The translations under genes and the position numbers were made by a program. Under the pieces are notes generated by a model. That model searched no databases. It saw nothing but the letters and a program-made list of their open reading frames with translations, and was not told the DNA's origin. DNA of 24,914 bases from a bacterium (GTDB lineage Bacteria; Muiribacteriota; UBA6191): assembly GCA_036339875.1 (NCBI GenBank), contig JAYZAC010000071.1, positions 1 to 24,914 on the forward strand, written 5' to 3'. Of this stretch, positions 15,529 through 24,839 are shown piece after piece (position 1 is the stretch's first letter; each line of letters starts with the position of its first letter).

Positions 15529-16440
15529 TCATCTACCTCTAGGATGATGATTTTCGACTACCTCACGCATTTTCTGTTTAGAGATATGAGTATAAACTTG
15601 AGTGGTCGCTAAACTTGAATGACCCAGTAATTCCTGTACAGAGCGAATATCTGCTCCAGAGTTCAACAAATGTGTAGCGAAGGAATGCCTTAAAACGTGG
15701 GGAGAAATATGTTTAAATATGCCTAGTTTATCAAGATATGAAGAAACTAAGTATTGAATACCTCGGATACTCAATGCAGTATCCCTCTGTGATAAAAATA
15801 AAGCGTCCTCACTTTGACCTCCCGCACTTCGACTACTCCTCAATACTAAGTATCGCTGAAGACATTTTTTAGCTGAATCACCTAAAAAAACAAGTCGCTC
15901 TTTATTGCCTTTACCTCGAACAACTAATTTTCCGTCAGATTCTCGAATCATAGAAACCTTTAAACTTGCTAATTCACTTACTCGTAAACCTGTACAGTAC
16001 AAGATTTCAAAAATAAGATAATCTCTTAGGTCCGCAAATGATTCACTCAGTGGCTCAGCTAAAATAGTCTGCATTTCTGACTCAAATAGAAATTTAGGTA
16101 AATGCTTTTCCAACTTTGGCGACGTCAAAAAACTCGCCCAGTTTGTTTTAATTAAAGAGCGCTTATACAAAAAATTATAAAAAGATCTCAAACTCGAAAT
16201 TTTGCGTAGAATGGTAGAAGATTTACAACCTCGATTAAATAAGTCATATTGCCAAGACTTTAATTCTTTCAAATCAACAGCCAGAACGCATCGATTGTGT
16301 TCTGAGCCCATAAAATCAAACCACTGCCTTAAATCTAATCGATAACTCTCAACTGTTTTTAACGAATAATTTTTCTCTAATTGCAAGTATCTTAAAAAAT
16401 CATCCACATGCCGTTGATTTTGAAATTTAAAGTCCTTCAT
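15529..16440 (-). CDS. xerC: Tyrosine recombinase XerC/XerD family (XerC-like)
   Basis: N-terminal EKNYSLKTVESYRLDL, STILRKISSLRSFY, LPKFL; catalytic set TGLRVSEL, GKGNKER, SPHVLRHSFATHLL, LGHSSLATTQVYTH; ends HHPR; 303 aa. XerC versus XerD is a judgement call. Confidence 0.88.
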   Translation of the reverse strand: MKDFKFQNQRHVDDFLRYLQLEKNYSLKTVESYRLDLRQWFDFMGSEHNRCVLAVDLKELKSWQYDLFNRGCKSSTILRKISSLRSFYNFLYKRSLIKTNWASFLTSPKLEKHLPKFLFESEMQTILAEPLSESFADLRDYLIFEILYCTGLRVSELASLKVSMIRESDGKLVVRGKGNKERLVFLGDSAKKCLQRYLVLRSSRSAGGQSEDALFLSQRDTALSIRGIQYLVSSYLDKLGIFKHISPHVLRHSFATHLLNSGADIRSVQELLGHSSLATTQVYTHISKQKMREVVENHHPRGR

Positions 16441-17192
16441 ATTATTTCACATGATCTTAAATACAGACCGCTAGCAGGAGCTGGTTTGACCGATAAACGG
16501 TTTCTCCTATCTCGAAATTTGCCGCTTAACATCTCTCTTAAATCAGACATACTTAATAGACCCTGCCAAGTTGCTACAGAGTAGGCCAATATATAACGCA
16601 TCATATACCATAAAAAACCATTAGCTCTGACAGTAACCCTTAAATATCCCGGTTCCAATTGATTAACTTCGACACTATCGACAGTTCTAATCGTACTTAA
16701 TAACTTACGTCTTGGATCTTTGCGACTAAAAAGTATGAAGTCATGTTCACCAACGAACTCTGCTAAGATTCTATCTAAAATATCTAGCGAAGCTGGAAAT
16801 AGTTCTAATTGCCAACTGAAGTGCTCATGTACTGGCTGTCGCTGCCCAATTCTCAATTCATAGCCATAAGTTTTTTTATGACTCACATTTCGTATTTCAA
16901 ACTCATTCGGCATCTCCCTAACCCAATGCATCCTTACTCCATTGAGCCTACTATTCATAACTTGAGCAATCTTATTAGTTGGAATTTTCGAATCAACTCT
17001 GAATTGAATTCGCTGATCGAAAGCATGAACTCCTGCATCGGTCCGCGACATTCCGACTAAGCCACAATCGTTACCAAAAAATTCTACACAAACTTTTCGG
17101 CAATGATCTTGAATCGTATTTCCATGGGGTTGCGACTGAAACCCTCGAAAATTATGACCATCATAGCCTATGGAAGCGTAAAAATTTCTCAT
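16437..17192 (-). CDS. truA: tRNA pseudouridine(38-40) synthase TruA
   Basis: YDGHNFRGFQSQP, SRTDAGVHA with the catalytic Asp, GEHDF..F, ANGFLWYMMR, PAPASGLYL. Stop overlaps xerC start by 4 nt. Confidence 0.93.
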   Translation of the reverse strand: MRNFYASIGYDGHNFRGFQSQPHGNTIQDHCRKVCVEFFGNDCGLVGMSRTDAGVHAFDQRIQFRVDSKIPTNKIAQVMNSRLNGVRMHWVREMPNEFEIRNVSHKKTYGYELRIGQRQPVHEHFSWQLELFPASLDILDRILAEFVGEHDFILFSRKDPRRKLLSTIRTVDSVEVNQLEPGYLRVTVRANGFLWYMMRYILAYSVATWQGLLSMSDLREMLSGKFRDRRNRLSVKPAPASGLYLRSCEII

Positions 17193-17204
17193 AGAAAAAA
17201 GAAA

Positions 17205-19166
17205 TTAGATACCCTTGTTATTTAGATCAAAAACCACGGAGAATAAATCCATTGCCTCTAGTTTACCTTTTAATTTTTTCGATTGATGCTTTATGAATTG
17301 TACTTTTGAATTTGAAACTGCCTCGCACGTAGCTAAAGTACAAAAAACGCCATCTACTAGAGCTAGACTTTCAACACGACTTGCCACATTCACTGCATCG
17401 CCGAATAAATCACCATCTTTAAGTATCACATTTCCAGTGTTTAATCCTATGCGTATATGCCAAGTAATTTTATTCTCGTCCTCGCGGCGATCATTATTCA
17501 ATTTAATAGATTGTTGTATTTGAACGGCCGCTACTATTGCTGAATCTGGGCTGTCAAATCTAGCCATATAAGCATCGCCTATTTTTTTAATAATTACACC
17601 CTCATGCTTCGAAACAATAGGAGCTATAATATCTTCAGATTCCTGCAAAATTGCCATAGTTTCTACAACCGGCTGACTTTCCGTCATTGCCGTGTAGCCT
17701 TGAATATCAGTAAACATTATTGTTAGTTGGCGTTCATATTTCTTGAGAATGCTGTGCTCTGCGTTTGTATCACCTTTTCTACGCTTATCTAGTAATTCCT
17801 CCAAACTTAAATTGGAGTTCTGATCAGCTTTAAGTTTGTCAAAACTCGGATCCAACAGCATCTTTCTCTGCTGGGCCACAGCAATAGGCTCTTCAGGGTA
17901 ATCTTCAAGTACTTTTGAGTAAATCAAAAATAGATCATTCAATTGTTCTTTCAATTGATATATAGTGAATAACATGTCATGAACTTTCTGATTTTCATAG
18001 TCAAGGTTAAGTAATTCCTCAAGTTCATCTAGAGCTTCTTCAAATCTACCTGAAGACAATTTTGCCTCCGCTAACATCACTCGCGGTTGTGGATTTTCGG
18101 GATCAGAGAGTTTACAATTCTCGTAAAATTCCTCTCCTACATCATCAATTTCTTGGTATTCACCTAAAACCTTGAGAACATGTTCTTGAAGTTCCGGTGT
18201 TACAGCTTCGGAGGAACATATTTTTACTAAGCCACGAATTGTTCTACGATCATTAGACTTGTATTTCATAGCTAACGAAGCAAGCCATCTCATGAAGTCT
18301 ACATCTTCAGATGTATCCAAAAAAGCCAGTAAATAGGGCATATCTTGTATACGAGCCTGCTTTCTATTCTCTGCAAAATACTTTCCGATTAAAACTTTAG
18401 CATCATAATTATCTTTTGAACGACTAACAACTCGCTTGAGAGTCGGTATAGCTTCCTCAAATTGACCGAGAGCAAATTGAGATTTACCAAGATCTAATCC
18501 AAATTGCTCCAGACGATTTCCAAGTAATTCTCTAGTTTCTGAGTTAGTCAAAAGGTCTACAATCTTTTGATTATTACCCTTTCTAAGGGTGACTTGAATT
18601 TTACCTAAAAGCTTCTTAATCATTTTATCTCTGGACTTTGCAGAACTAGCTTTTACTCCAGTACGGCTTATCTTGAAAGCATTTTTGATATCTTGAAAAA
18701 AACCAAATAGCCAGAGAATTACTATTAAATAATGAATGAAAAAATTATTGGTAATCGACTCATTCATTAGAAAATCCTGATGACTCATCCGCTGCGCATA
18801 AGCTTTTGTAGAGGTTTCATCAATCGTTGGTTTTCCAGAACTATCTAAATCTAAATATTCTTCCGCGCTACCATCTTCTTCGTATACAGGGTAGCTTTGT
18901 CCAGAGTATTCAATTGCTGGATAACCATCAACATCTAGATTAATTGAGTAATATCTATAACCAATTTTAATTTTTGAGGATTCAGGGGTCGATAACCTCT
19001 CCTCCCAGAGATATTTTATTGCATCTCCTAAACCTCTCTCAATCGTTGAACCACCTATTACTTCTTCAGTTAAATGCCTAGAGCAGTAAAGTAAAACATC
19101 AACAATTAAGACTAAGCTCAAGAGAAAACCAAGCCAGAAAGTTCTAGATAAGACATTAGCTATCAT
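17205..19166 (-). CDS. Membrane-anchored class III adenylate cyclase with periplasmic loop and cytoplasmic TPR-like region
   Basis: Two hydrophobic segments (FWLGFLLSLVLIVDVLLY; FFIHYLIVILWLFGFF), TPR-like repeats (LGKSQFALGQFEEAIPTLK; LAEAKLSSGRFEEALDELE), cyclase motifs TIMFTDIQGYT, KKIGDAYMA, IRIGLNTG, DLFGDAVNVASRVE. ATG 19166 with AGGTGGAG upstream is preferred over TTG 19202. Confidence 0.88.
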   Translation of the reverse strand: MIANVLSRTFWLGFLLSLVLIVDVLLYCSRHLTEEVIGGSTIERGLGDAIKYLWEERLSTPESSKIKIGYRYYSINLDVDGYPAIEYSGQSYPVYEEDGSAEEYLDLDSSGKPTIDETSTKAYAQRMSHQDFLMNESITNNFFIHYLIVILWLFGFFQDIKNAFKISRTGVKASSAKSRDKMIKKLLGKIQVTLRKGNNQKIVDLLTNSETRELLGNRLEQFGLDLGKSQFALGQFEEAIPTLKRVVSRSKDNYDAKVLIGKYFAENRKQARIQDMPYLLAFLDTSEDVDFMRWLASLAMKYKSNDRRTIRGLVKICSSEAVTPELQEHVLKVLGEYQEIDDVGEEFYENCKLSDPENPQPRVMLAEAKLSSGRFEEALDELEELLNLDYENQKVHDMLFTIYQLKEQLNDLFLIYSKVLEDYPEEPIAVAQQRKMLLDPSFDKLKADQNSNLSLEELLDKRRKGDTNAEHSILKKYERQLTIMFTDIQGYTAMTESQPVVETMAILQESEDIIAPIVSKHEGVIIKKIGDAYMARFDSPDSAIVAAVQIQQSIKLNNDRREDENKITWHIRIGLNTGNVILKDGDLFGDAVNVASRVESLALVDGVFCTLATCEAVSNSKVQFIKHQSKKLKGKLEAMDLFSVVFDLNNKGI

Positions 19167-19347
19167 ATTTGATGAACTCCACCTATTTCCGATTAAAATC
19201 AAAAATTTTTTAATAAACTTTCGACTATTACTTATTTCATAATTAGATTGTACGAGAATTTTACGGCAGAATAGTTAGAACCATACCAAAAGTTAATCAT
19301 TTTGTTTCACCATCTCTATTTATATTTTTTTGATGTACCCTAAAGAG

Positions 19348-19353
19348 TATAAT
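19348..19353 (+). promoter_or_regulatory. Perfect -10 hexamer positioned for a leaderless transcript
   Basis: TATAAT at 19348-19353, with ATG at 19360 (6 nt between). No Shine-Dalgarno and no well-spaced -35. Confidence 0.4.
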
Positions 19354-19359
19354 GTACAT

Positions 19360-19854
19360 ATGTCGTTAGGTGATCGCTTCTTAAAAATAGCTAAATCTTA
19401 CTTAAGTTCAGCCACTGACTCATTGGAAGATGAGTGGAATAACTTGAGCAAAAAATGGGAACAAGGCGAATTAAGTGATGAGATGTACAATCGCTTAAAA
19501 AACCTAAAAGAAGAAGTTAGAAAAAAAGGAACTAATCCGAATGAACTAGATGACGACGAAGTCGAAAATATCCTACGTAGTAGCGGCTACATGAATGGGT
19601 CGGCAAATGCTAATTCTAGAAAAAATAAGTCCCCATTAGATAAGAAAAAAAACCAGTTGGAACAGGCTTACCAGAGATTAGGAGTTAAACCCAGCGATTC
19701 ATGGGAAAAAATCGAAAAAAGTTATAAAAAACAATTGATGAAATTCCACCCTGACCGTTTTCCCGGAGACGAAAATAAAGGTAAAACTGCTACAAAATTA
19801 TCTCAAATGATCTCTGAGGCTTATCAACTTATCAAAGAATCTCGAGGCAAGTAA
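19360..19854 (+). CDS. Small protein with C-terminal J domain (DnaJ-like co-chaperone)
   Basis: AYQRLGV...IEKSYKKQLMKFHPDRF...ATKLSQMISEAYQLI with intact HPD. ATG 19360 (MSLGDRFLKIAKSYL) is preferred over TTG 19330. Confidence 0.85.
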   Translation: MSLGDRFLKIAKSYLSSATDSLEDEWNNLSKKWEQGELSDEMYNRLKNLKEEVRKKGTNPNELDDDEVENILRSSGYMNGSANANSRKNKSPLDKKKNQLEQAYQRLGVKPSDSWEKIEKSYKKQLMKFHPDRFPGDENKGKTATKLSQMISEAYQLIKESRGK

Positions 19855-19855
19855 A

Positions 19856-21070
19856 TTGAATAACAACTTCCGTTACACAGTCAAGGATAAACGAGGAAAG
19901 GTTACCTCTGGGACTGTTGTTGCTGAAAGTAAAGATAGTTTGAGAGAGAATCTTGTTGCTCTTAATTTTGACATCGTTTCAATTCGACAATTAAATGTTT
20001 TTGAAGTCAAAATTCTTGACTTGAAGCACAAAATCTTAAATGTTCCTGCAAAAGATGTAATTCTTTTCTTCAGGCAGTTCTCAGCTACTCTCAAAGCTGG
20101 AATTCCTATCCCCGTGATTCTTGAAAACATTGCACGTACTCAGAAAAATAAAATATTCAAAGAAACTCTTAACGATATTGGTGGAAGAATAAAAAGAGGA
20201 GAAAGCTTATCTGCATCGTTTGCAAATCATACAAGAGTATTTCAGCCATTACTTATTGCCGTGCTCAAAGCTGGAGAAATTGGGGGTTTTCTTGAAAGAG
20301 TCATTGAGAGGTATACCACAACACTAGAAAAAGAAAACGAAATGAAAAAGAAAGTAGTTGGAGCATTAACATACCCAGCTATAGTACTAGCTATTGCCTT
20401 TTTAGTTATCGTAGGACTTTTTTTTACCGTTGTACCAAAAATTAAAAAAATGTTTCGTGCCCGTAAGATGGACTTACCAGTAGTCACGGAAGTCCTCTTT
20501 CTCACTAGCGATTTTATTAGTAATTACTGGTTTGTATTAATTCCTGGTTTAGTTGGTGGAGGGTTTGGAATAAAAGGAGCGCTACAAACCGGCAAACTCA
20601 GATACTATTGGGATATGTACATACTCAAAATTCCTATAATTGGTGAACTACTTTTAATGTCAATAATGGCGAGGTTTTGCCATATACTAGTCAACCTTCA
20701 AGATGCAGGTGTTTCGCTAATCCAGTCATTAGATATATTGGAAGCTATTTTCGATAATGACTATTTAACCACTAAATTTCGAGCAATAAAGAAAGAAATA
20801 GCAGAAGGTAAAGGCTTGGGTGAAAGCTTTGATAGGACAGGAATTTTTCCGCCAATTGTTGTTCAAATGGTCACTGTTGGTGAACAATCTGGGAGACTTT
20901 CGGAAATGCTATCATCGGTAGCCGCTTTCTTTGAACAAGAAGTAGAATATGCTGTGAAAAACCTCACCTCTTTGATCGAACCACTCTTGATAGTTGGATT
21001 AGGAGGAACTGTTCTCTTTATTGCCTTAGCTCTGCTTATGCCGATAATAAACCTTACTAAAAATGTCTAA
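19856..21070 (+). CDS. pilC: Type IV pilus / type II secretion inner-membrane platform protein (PilC/GspF family)
   Basis: FRYTVKDKRGK, FFRQFSATLKAGIP, GESLSASF, AGEIGG, ALTYP, LPVVT, LKIPIIG, MVTVGEQSGRL, LIEP, ALLMPI; 404 aa. Confidence 0.92.
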   Translation: MNNNFRYTVKDKRGKVTSGTVVAESKDSLRENLVALNFDIVSIRQLNVFEVKILDLKHKILNVPAKDVILFFRQFSATLKAGIPIPVILENIARTQKNKIFKETLNDIGGRIKRGESLSASFANHTRVFQPLLIAVLKAGEIGGFLERVIERYTTTLEKENEMKKKVVGALTYPAIVLAIAFLVIVGLFFTVVPKIKKMFRARKMDLPVVTEVLFLTSDFISNYWFVLIPGLVGGGFGIKGALQTGKLRYYWDMYILKIPIIGELLLMSIMARFCHILVNLQDAGVSLIQSLDILEAIFDNDYLTTKFRAIKKEIAEGKGLGESFDRTGIFPPIVVQMVTVGEQSGRLSEMLSSVAAFFEQEVEYAVKNLTSLIEPLLIVGLGGTVLFIALALLMPIINLTKNV

Positions 21071-21082
21071 CCGTAGTTATTT

Positions 21083-22963
21083 ATGAAAAAACATAAAGCC
21101 TACCGTAAAAATTCAAAAGGTCTAAACCTCATTGAGATACTAATTACGATTAGTATTTTTAGTATTTTGGCTCTTTTAGTCGCTCAACTTACCAATACAT
21201 TTGTCGAACTATATACCCGATCAAGAGATCAAGCAGACTTGTTAAGATTGCAACGATTAGCTGTTAAAGAAATTGCCGAGGGTGATGGCTTATATTTTGA
21301 TGGATTAAAATCAGCCCCTGAAATCATTGAAGCAAGTGATAAAGAGTTAAGTTTTGTACCTATGTACCGAGATAGTTCCCAGCCTGCGGGCTACTATCTA
21401 ACAAATGGCTTATTAAATTCTGTGAATCAAGGCGTACCTGCACCCACTAATGGTGAATACCCAGGAGGCATGAGAATTCAATACAACAACTTAACGCAAA
21501 AGTATGAACTAAGATATTATTTATCAAAACTACCCAGACCAGGCTCTTCCACACCAGAAGTCTATTTAAGGTATGACAATAATCTGGCTGAACCACTTCT
21601 GAGCGAACTCAAAGCCAAATTGAATATATTTAATGAAGCCCAATGGACTCAATACATAGAACGCTACCATCTTATTCCTGTAAAATTTAAATGGGAGCCA
21701 CCACAGGACAATGATCGATCTGTTCCCTCCGCATATGTAGTATTTACCGGCGGCAATTTTCCACTTGAATTTGATGGAGAGGAATTCCTACAACCCACTA
21801 TATTCAACATAGGTGGGACCATGCGAAATAACCAAGGTCAATTATTCCCAGATCCTGTAAATAGAGCCTCTGACAGTATTATCATTTATTATCACCCAGA
21901 AACAGAGTTCGCAGTCATTAAGAATCAGCAACATTTAATTGCCCGACTTTTTATAAAAGGTAGCTATCCTGACGTTGAGAATCGCTTTGAATTTTCCACA
22001 CAAGCACGATCCTTTTTCAATAGAGAGGGTGTTAACGGAGTCTTCGACCGTTCTCTTTGTCTATACTACGATAATAAATTGACTATTTTACCCACCAAAA
22101 AAGAATTACTTACTAGAAATTTGGAGAGTATGCGACCGCAGTTTCTGTTGTCACAAGATCTTACTCCTGAGTCTAATTTAGAGCCCAGTCAGTTTAGCTA
22201 CTTTAATAGTCAAAATACGACGTCCTCAATACCCATGACATTAATTAACGGAAGATTACAAATTCCTCCGGAAAACTTTCACGATATTTCCCTAGTTCGT
22301 TTGGATTTCTTGAATATTATTGGTCTTAATTTTGACCGGTTTAGTTTATCAGAGATAATGAAACGCAATTATTCTGAATTAATACCATTGCAGACACTTT
22401 CTTATACCCATAATTTTCACACAAAATCGACAATTTTTGACAACAGCAATCAAGGGTTCAATCAGAGTAATTGTTTTCAAACTCAACCAGCTGAAACCAA
22501 ATGTAAGATGGTTAGTAAAAACTTCCCTTCAGGTAAACTAATTCGACTGTCTGAAACTATGTATATTAGTAACATAATGATCGATAGTGCCCTTAATCCA
22601 AGCATTGACGGTTGGATTTCAATTTTCCTTCGAAACCCCTCTAATCAGCGGGTATATCAAGTTAAAATAGACTTTGATGAGAAACTTATTAAAGTAATGT
22701 TAAAAAACGGTTACGATCGCGAAGACCTACCTTATAACGAAGAAAATCCTCAAAGTAATGTGACACAATTTACACTTGATAATTCGCAATTCATTAGTTT
22801 CACAAATCTACAATCTAGCGGATTTCTTGATGAAGATTTCAACTATTCCAATTCAAATGTATATGAAACTCATTTAGACAACCCAGAAAAAATGGAGCTT
22901 TATATTGAAATGAAAGAAACCTCAAATATTGAAGGCTTTTCATTTACATGGAGACCAAAATAA
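21083..22963 (+). CDS. Large (626 aa) prepilin-like protein (minor pilin/pseudopilin, PilW/GspJ-like position)
   Basis: MKKHKAYRKNSKG|LNLIEILITISIFSILALLVA: basic leader, Gly at -1, Glu at +5, hydrophobic helix. Lies 12 nt downstream of pilC. Remainder unrecognised. Confidence 0.78.
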   Translation: MKKHKAYRKNSKGLNLIEILITISIFSILALLVAQLTNTFVELYTRSRDQADLLRLQRLAVKEIAEGDGLYFDGLKSAPEIIEASDKELSFVPMYRDSSQPAGYYLTNGLLNSVNQGVPAPTNGEYPGGMRIQYNNLTQKYELRYYLSKLPRPGSSTPEVYLRYDNNLAEPLLSELKAKLNIFNEAQWTQYIERYHLIPVKFKWEPPQDNDRSVPSAYVVFTGGNFPLEFDGEEFLQPTIFNIGGTMRNNQGQLFPDPVNRASDSIIIYYHPETEFAVIKNQQHLIARLFIKGSYPDVENRFEFSTQARSFFNREGVNGVFDRSLCLYYDNKLTILPTKKELLTRNLESMRPQFLLSQDLTPESNLEPSQFSYFNSQNTTSSIPMTLINGRLQIPPENFHDISLVRLDFLNIIGLNFDRFSLSEIMKRNYSELIPLQTLSYTHNFHTKSTIFDNSNQGFNQSNCFQTQPAETKCKMVSKNFPSGKLIRLSETMYISNIMIDSALNPSIDGWISIFLRNPSNQRVYQVKIDFDEKLIKVMLKNGYDREDLPYNEENPQSNVTQFTLDNSQFISFTNLQSSGFLDEDFNYSNSNVYETHLDNPEKMELYIEMKETSNIEGFSFTWRPK

Positions 22964-23090
22964 GAAAAAACAATCAAGCTGAAATCAGAAAATAAATTTT
23001 TGCACAAAAAACAACAAACTTTGTCAAAAATACAAAAAAATAACGTAGTTAGGTCGAAGAGCAATGAGAATAAACCGGAAAGGAAATCTC

Positions 23091-23531
23091 ATGCAGGTTA
23101 CTAACTTCAAAACCTACTCTAACAAGAATGTGCGCAAAGCCATTGAGAAACTACAACTGAATACACTTGGCTCGTCAGATATAAATCAACTCAAAAGATC
23201 CACTGAAAAAACTGTAAAGGTCTTACCAATTCAAGAATATAGTTCGAGACTAAACAAGCGAATCCAAAACAACCGTAATAAGCTTACGCGTCATCCAAAA
23301 TCCAGATCTCGCTTTAAGGTTAGGCCTGAGGTAATTGAAGCTTTACTAGGGAGTCAAACGGAATCTCAAAGCACAGAAATTAGTGTCAAGTCTCTCCCTC
23401 TTAAGCGCTATTCTAATCAAGATGCATTTCGACTTCGAGATCGACAAAGAAATGTACTAAAATATTTAAGTAATGACAAAGACCCCTACTTTCAACTTCG
23501 TCATAATAATTATCTTACACTTCGCTCCTAA
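23091..23531 (+). CDS. Hypothetical basic (K/R/N-rich) protein
   Basis: ORF fills the gap before waaA (12 nt spacing). ATG 23091 has AAGGA upstream; ATG 23064 is the alternative. No motif recognised. Confidence 0.6.
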   Translation: MQVTNFKTYSNKNVRKAIEKLQLNTLGSSDINQLKRSTEKTVKVLPIQEYSSRLNKRIQNNRNKLTRHPKSRSRFKVRPEVIEALLGSQTESQSTEISVKSLPLKRYSNQDAFRLRDRQRNVLKYLSNDKDPYFQLRHNNYLTLRS

Positions 23532-23543
23532 GTCCAGGGTCCA

Positions 23544-24839
23544 ATGTTGGTAGACTTAATACATATAACCTACCAAAGCCTTTACATTCTTCTTTCGCCA
23601 GTAATCTGTTTGTTATTACTATCTAGACGAGATACTCGAAAATACTTTCTACACATGTGGGGCTTATCATCAAAAGAGTCACAAACAAATACTACAGATA
23701 CACCGGTCGATTGGTTTCATGCTGTTAGTTACGGAGAAACAGTCGTCTGCCTACAATTTATAAAAACTGGCTTAAAAAACAAAAGTATAAATAACCCAAT
23801 ATTATTCACATCGACAATTGAAAATGCCTTGGATCATTTTATAAAAGAAATCAGGAAATTACAGAGTAACCATACTAACTTAAAATATGAAACTAACTTC
23901 CTACCTTTGGATTTTAAGCCTTGCCTGCAAAGTTTTCTGGGAGCCAAAAAAATCGAAAGGTTCTTCCTTGTTGAAACTGACTTTTGGCCAAGTCTCGTAT
24001 TTTATCTACGATCCAACAACGTTAAAATATATCTAATTAATGGAAGAATTAGTCAAAAAATTTGTTCCTTATATAATTTTTTAGGAATCTATGGAAAACA
24101 ATTATTTAATTCTTTTGATAAATTATTTGTTCAATCAAAAACTGATGCCGAACGCCTCTATCAATTGGGAATTGATAAGGAATTAATATCAATAATTGGA
24201 AATGCCAAGTACGATCTAATCCCCTCTGGTAAGCTCGAAGATAGTGAAAATTTAATTACTGAAACAGACATGAAAGTAATAATTCTAGGGTCTTTACATC
24301 AGAACGAACTTTTTATTTTAGACTCTGTAAACTCGTCCCTACCAAATAACTTTCAAATTTGGATAGCGCCAAGGAAAATTCAAGACATAAAGTTATTCCA
24401 ACGTAAAATAAAATTATTAAATTCTAATTACTGTTTATATTCAGAAAATAAAGATATTGTATCCACACATCGATTTGTATTAATTGACGTAATGGGTGTA
24501 TTGAGCAAGCTGTATAGAAATTGTGATATCGCAGTAATTGGAGGAAGTTTCAATTCTGTGGGAGGTCATAACTTCATAGAACCAATTATGTTTAAAAGAC
24601 CGGTAGTAGTTGGCCCTAAAATGCGCAATTTTGAAGAAGATGTTTTGGAATTTAAATCAAGAAAATTAATAACACAGGTTAAAGATAATGAGGAACTAAA
24701 GACCGTTTTATTACAATTCGTAAAAGATCCAAGAAACCTCATCGAACAGAGTGTTAAGGCTCACAATTATATCAACTTAAAAATGGGTAGTTTGGAGAGA
24801 ACATGGTTCCAAATCAGCAGACAAAACAAAATGTCTTAG
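23544..24839 (+). CDS. waaA: 3-deoxy-D-manno-octulosonic acid (Kdo) transferase
   Basis: N-terminal membrane anchor, WFHAVSYGE, LPLD, ETDFWP, INGRIS, VQS, GNAKYD, APR, DVMGVL, GGSF...GGHNFIEP, GP.M.NF. Confidence 0.92.
   Translation: MLVDLIHITYQSLYILLSPVICLLLLSRRDTRKYFLHMWGLSSKESQTNTTDTPVDWFHAVSYGETVVCLQFIKTGLKNKSINNPILFTSTIENALDHFIKEIRKLQSNHTNLKYETNFLPLDFKPCLQSFLGAKKIERFFLVETDFWPSLVFYLRSNNVKIYLINGRISQKICSLYNFLGIYGKQLFNSFDKLFVQSKTDAERLYQLGIDKELISIIGNAKYDLIPSGKLEDSENLITETDMKVIILGSLHQNELFILDSVNSSLPNNFQIWIAPRKIQDIKLFQRKIKLLNSNYCLYSENKDIVSTHRFVLIDVMGVLSKLYRNCDIAVIGGSFNSVGGHNFIEPIMFKRPVVVGPKMRNFEEDVLEFKSRKLITQVKDNEELKTVLLQFVKDPRNLIEQSVKAHNYINLKMGSLERTWFQISRQNKMS

Noticed and set aside
15529..16440. 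Tyrosine recombinase as a phage or island integrase
   Set aside because: Size and motifs fit chromosomal XerC/D, it is coupled to truA, and there is no adjacent tRNA, att-like repeat or phage gene.
53..20505. Remaining short (60-112 aa) ORFs in the track
   Set aside because: All lie antisense to or out of frame within well-supported genes and show no motifs.
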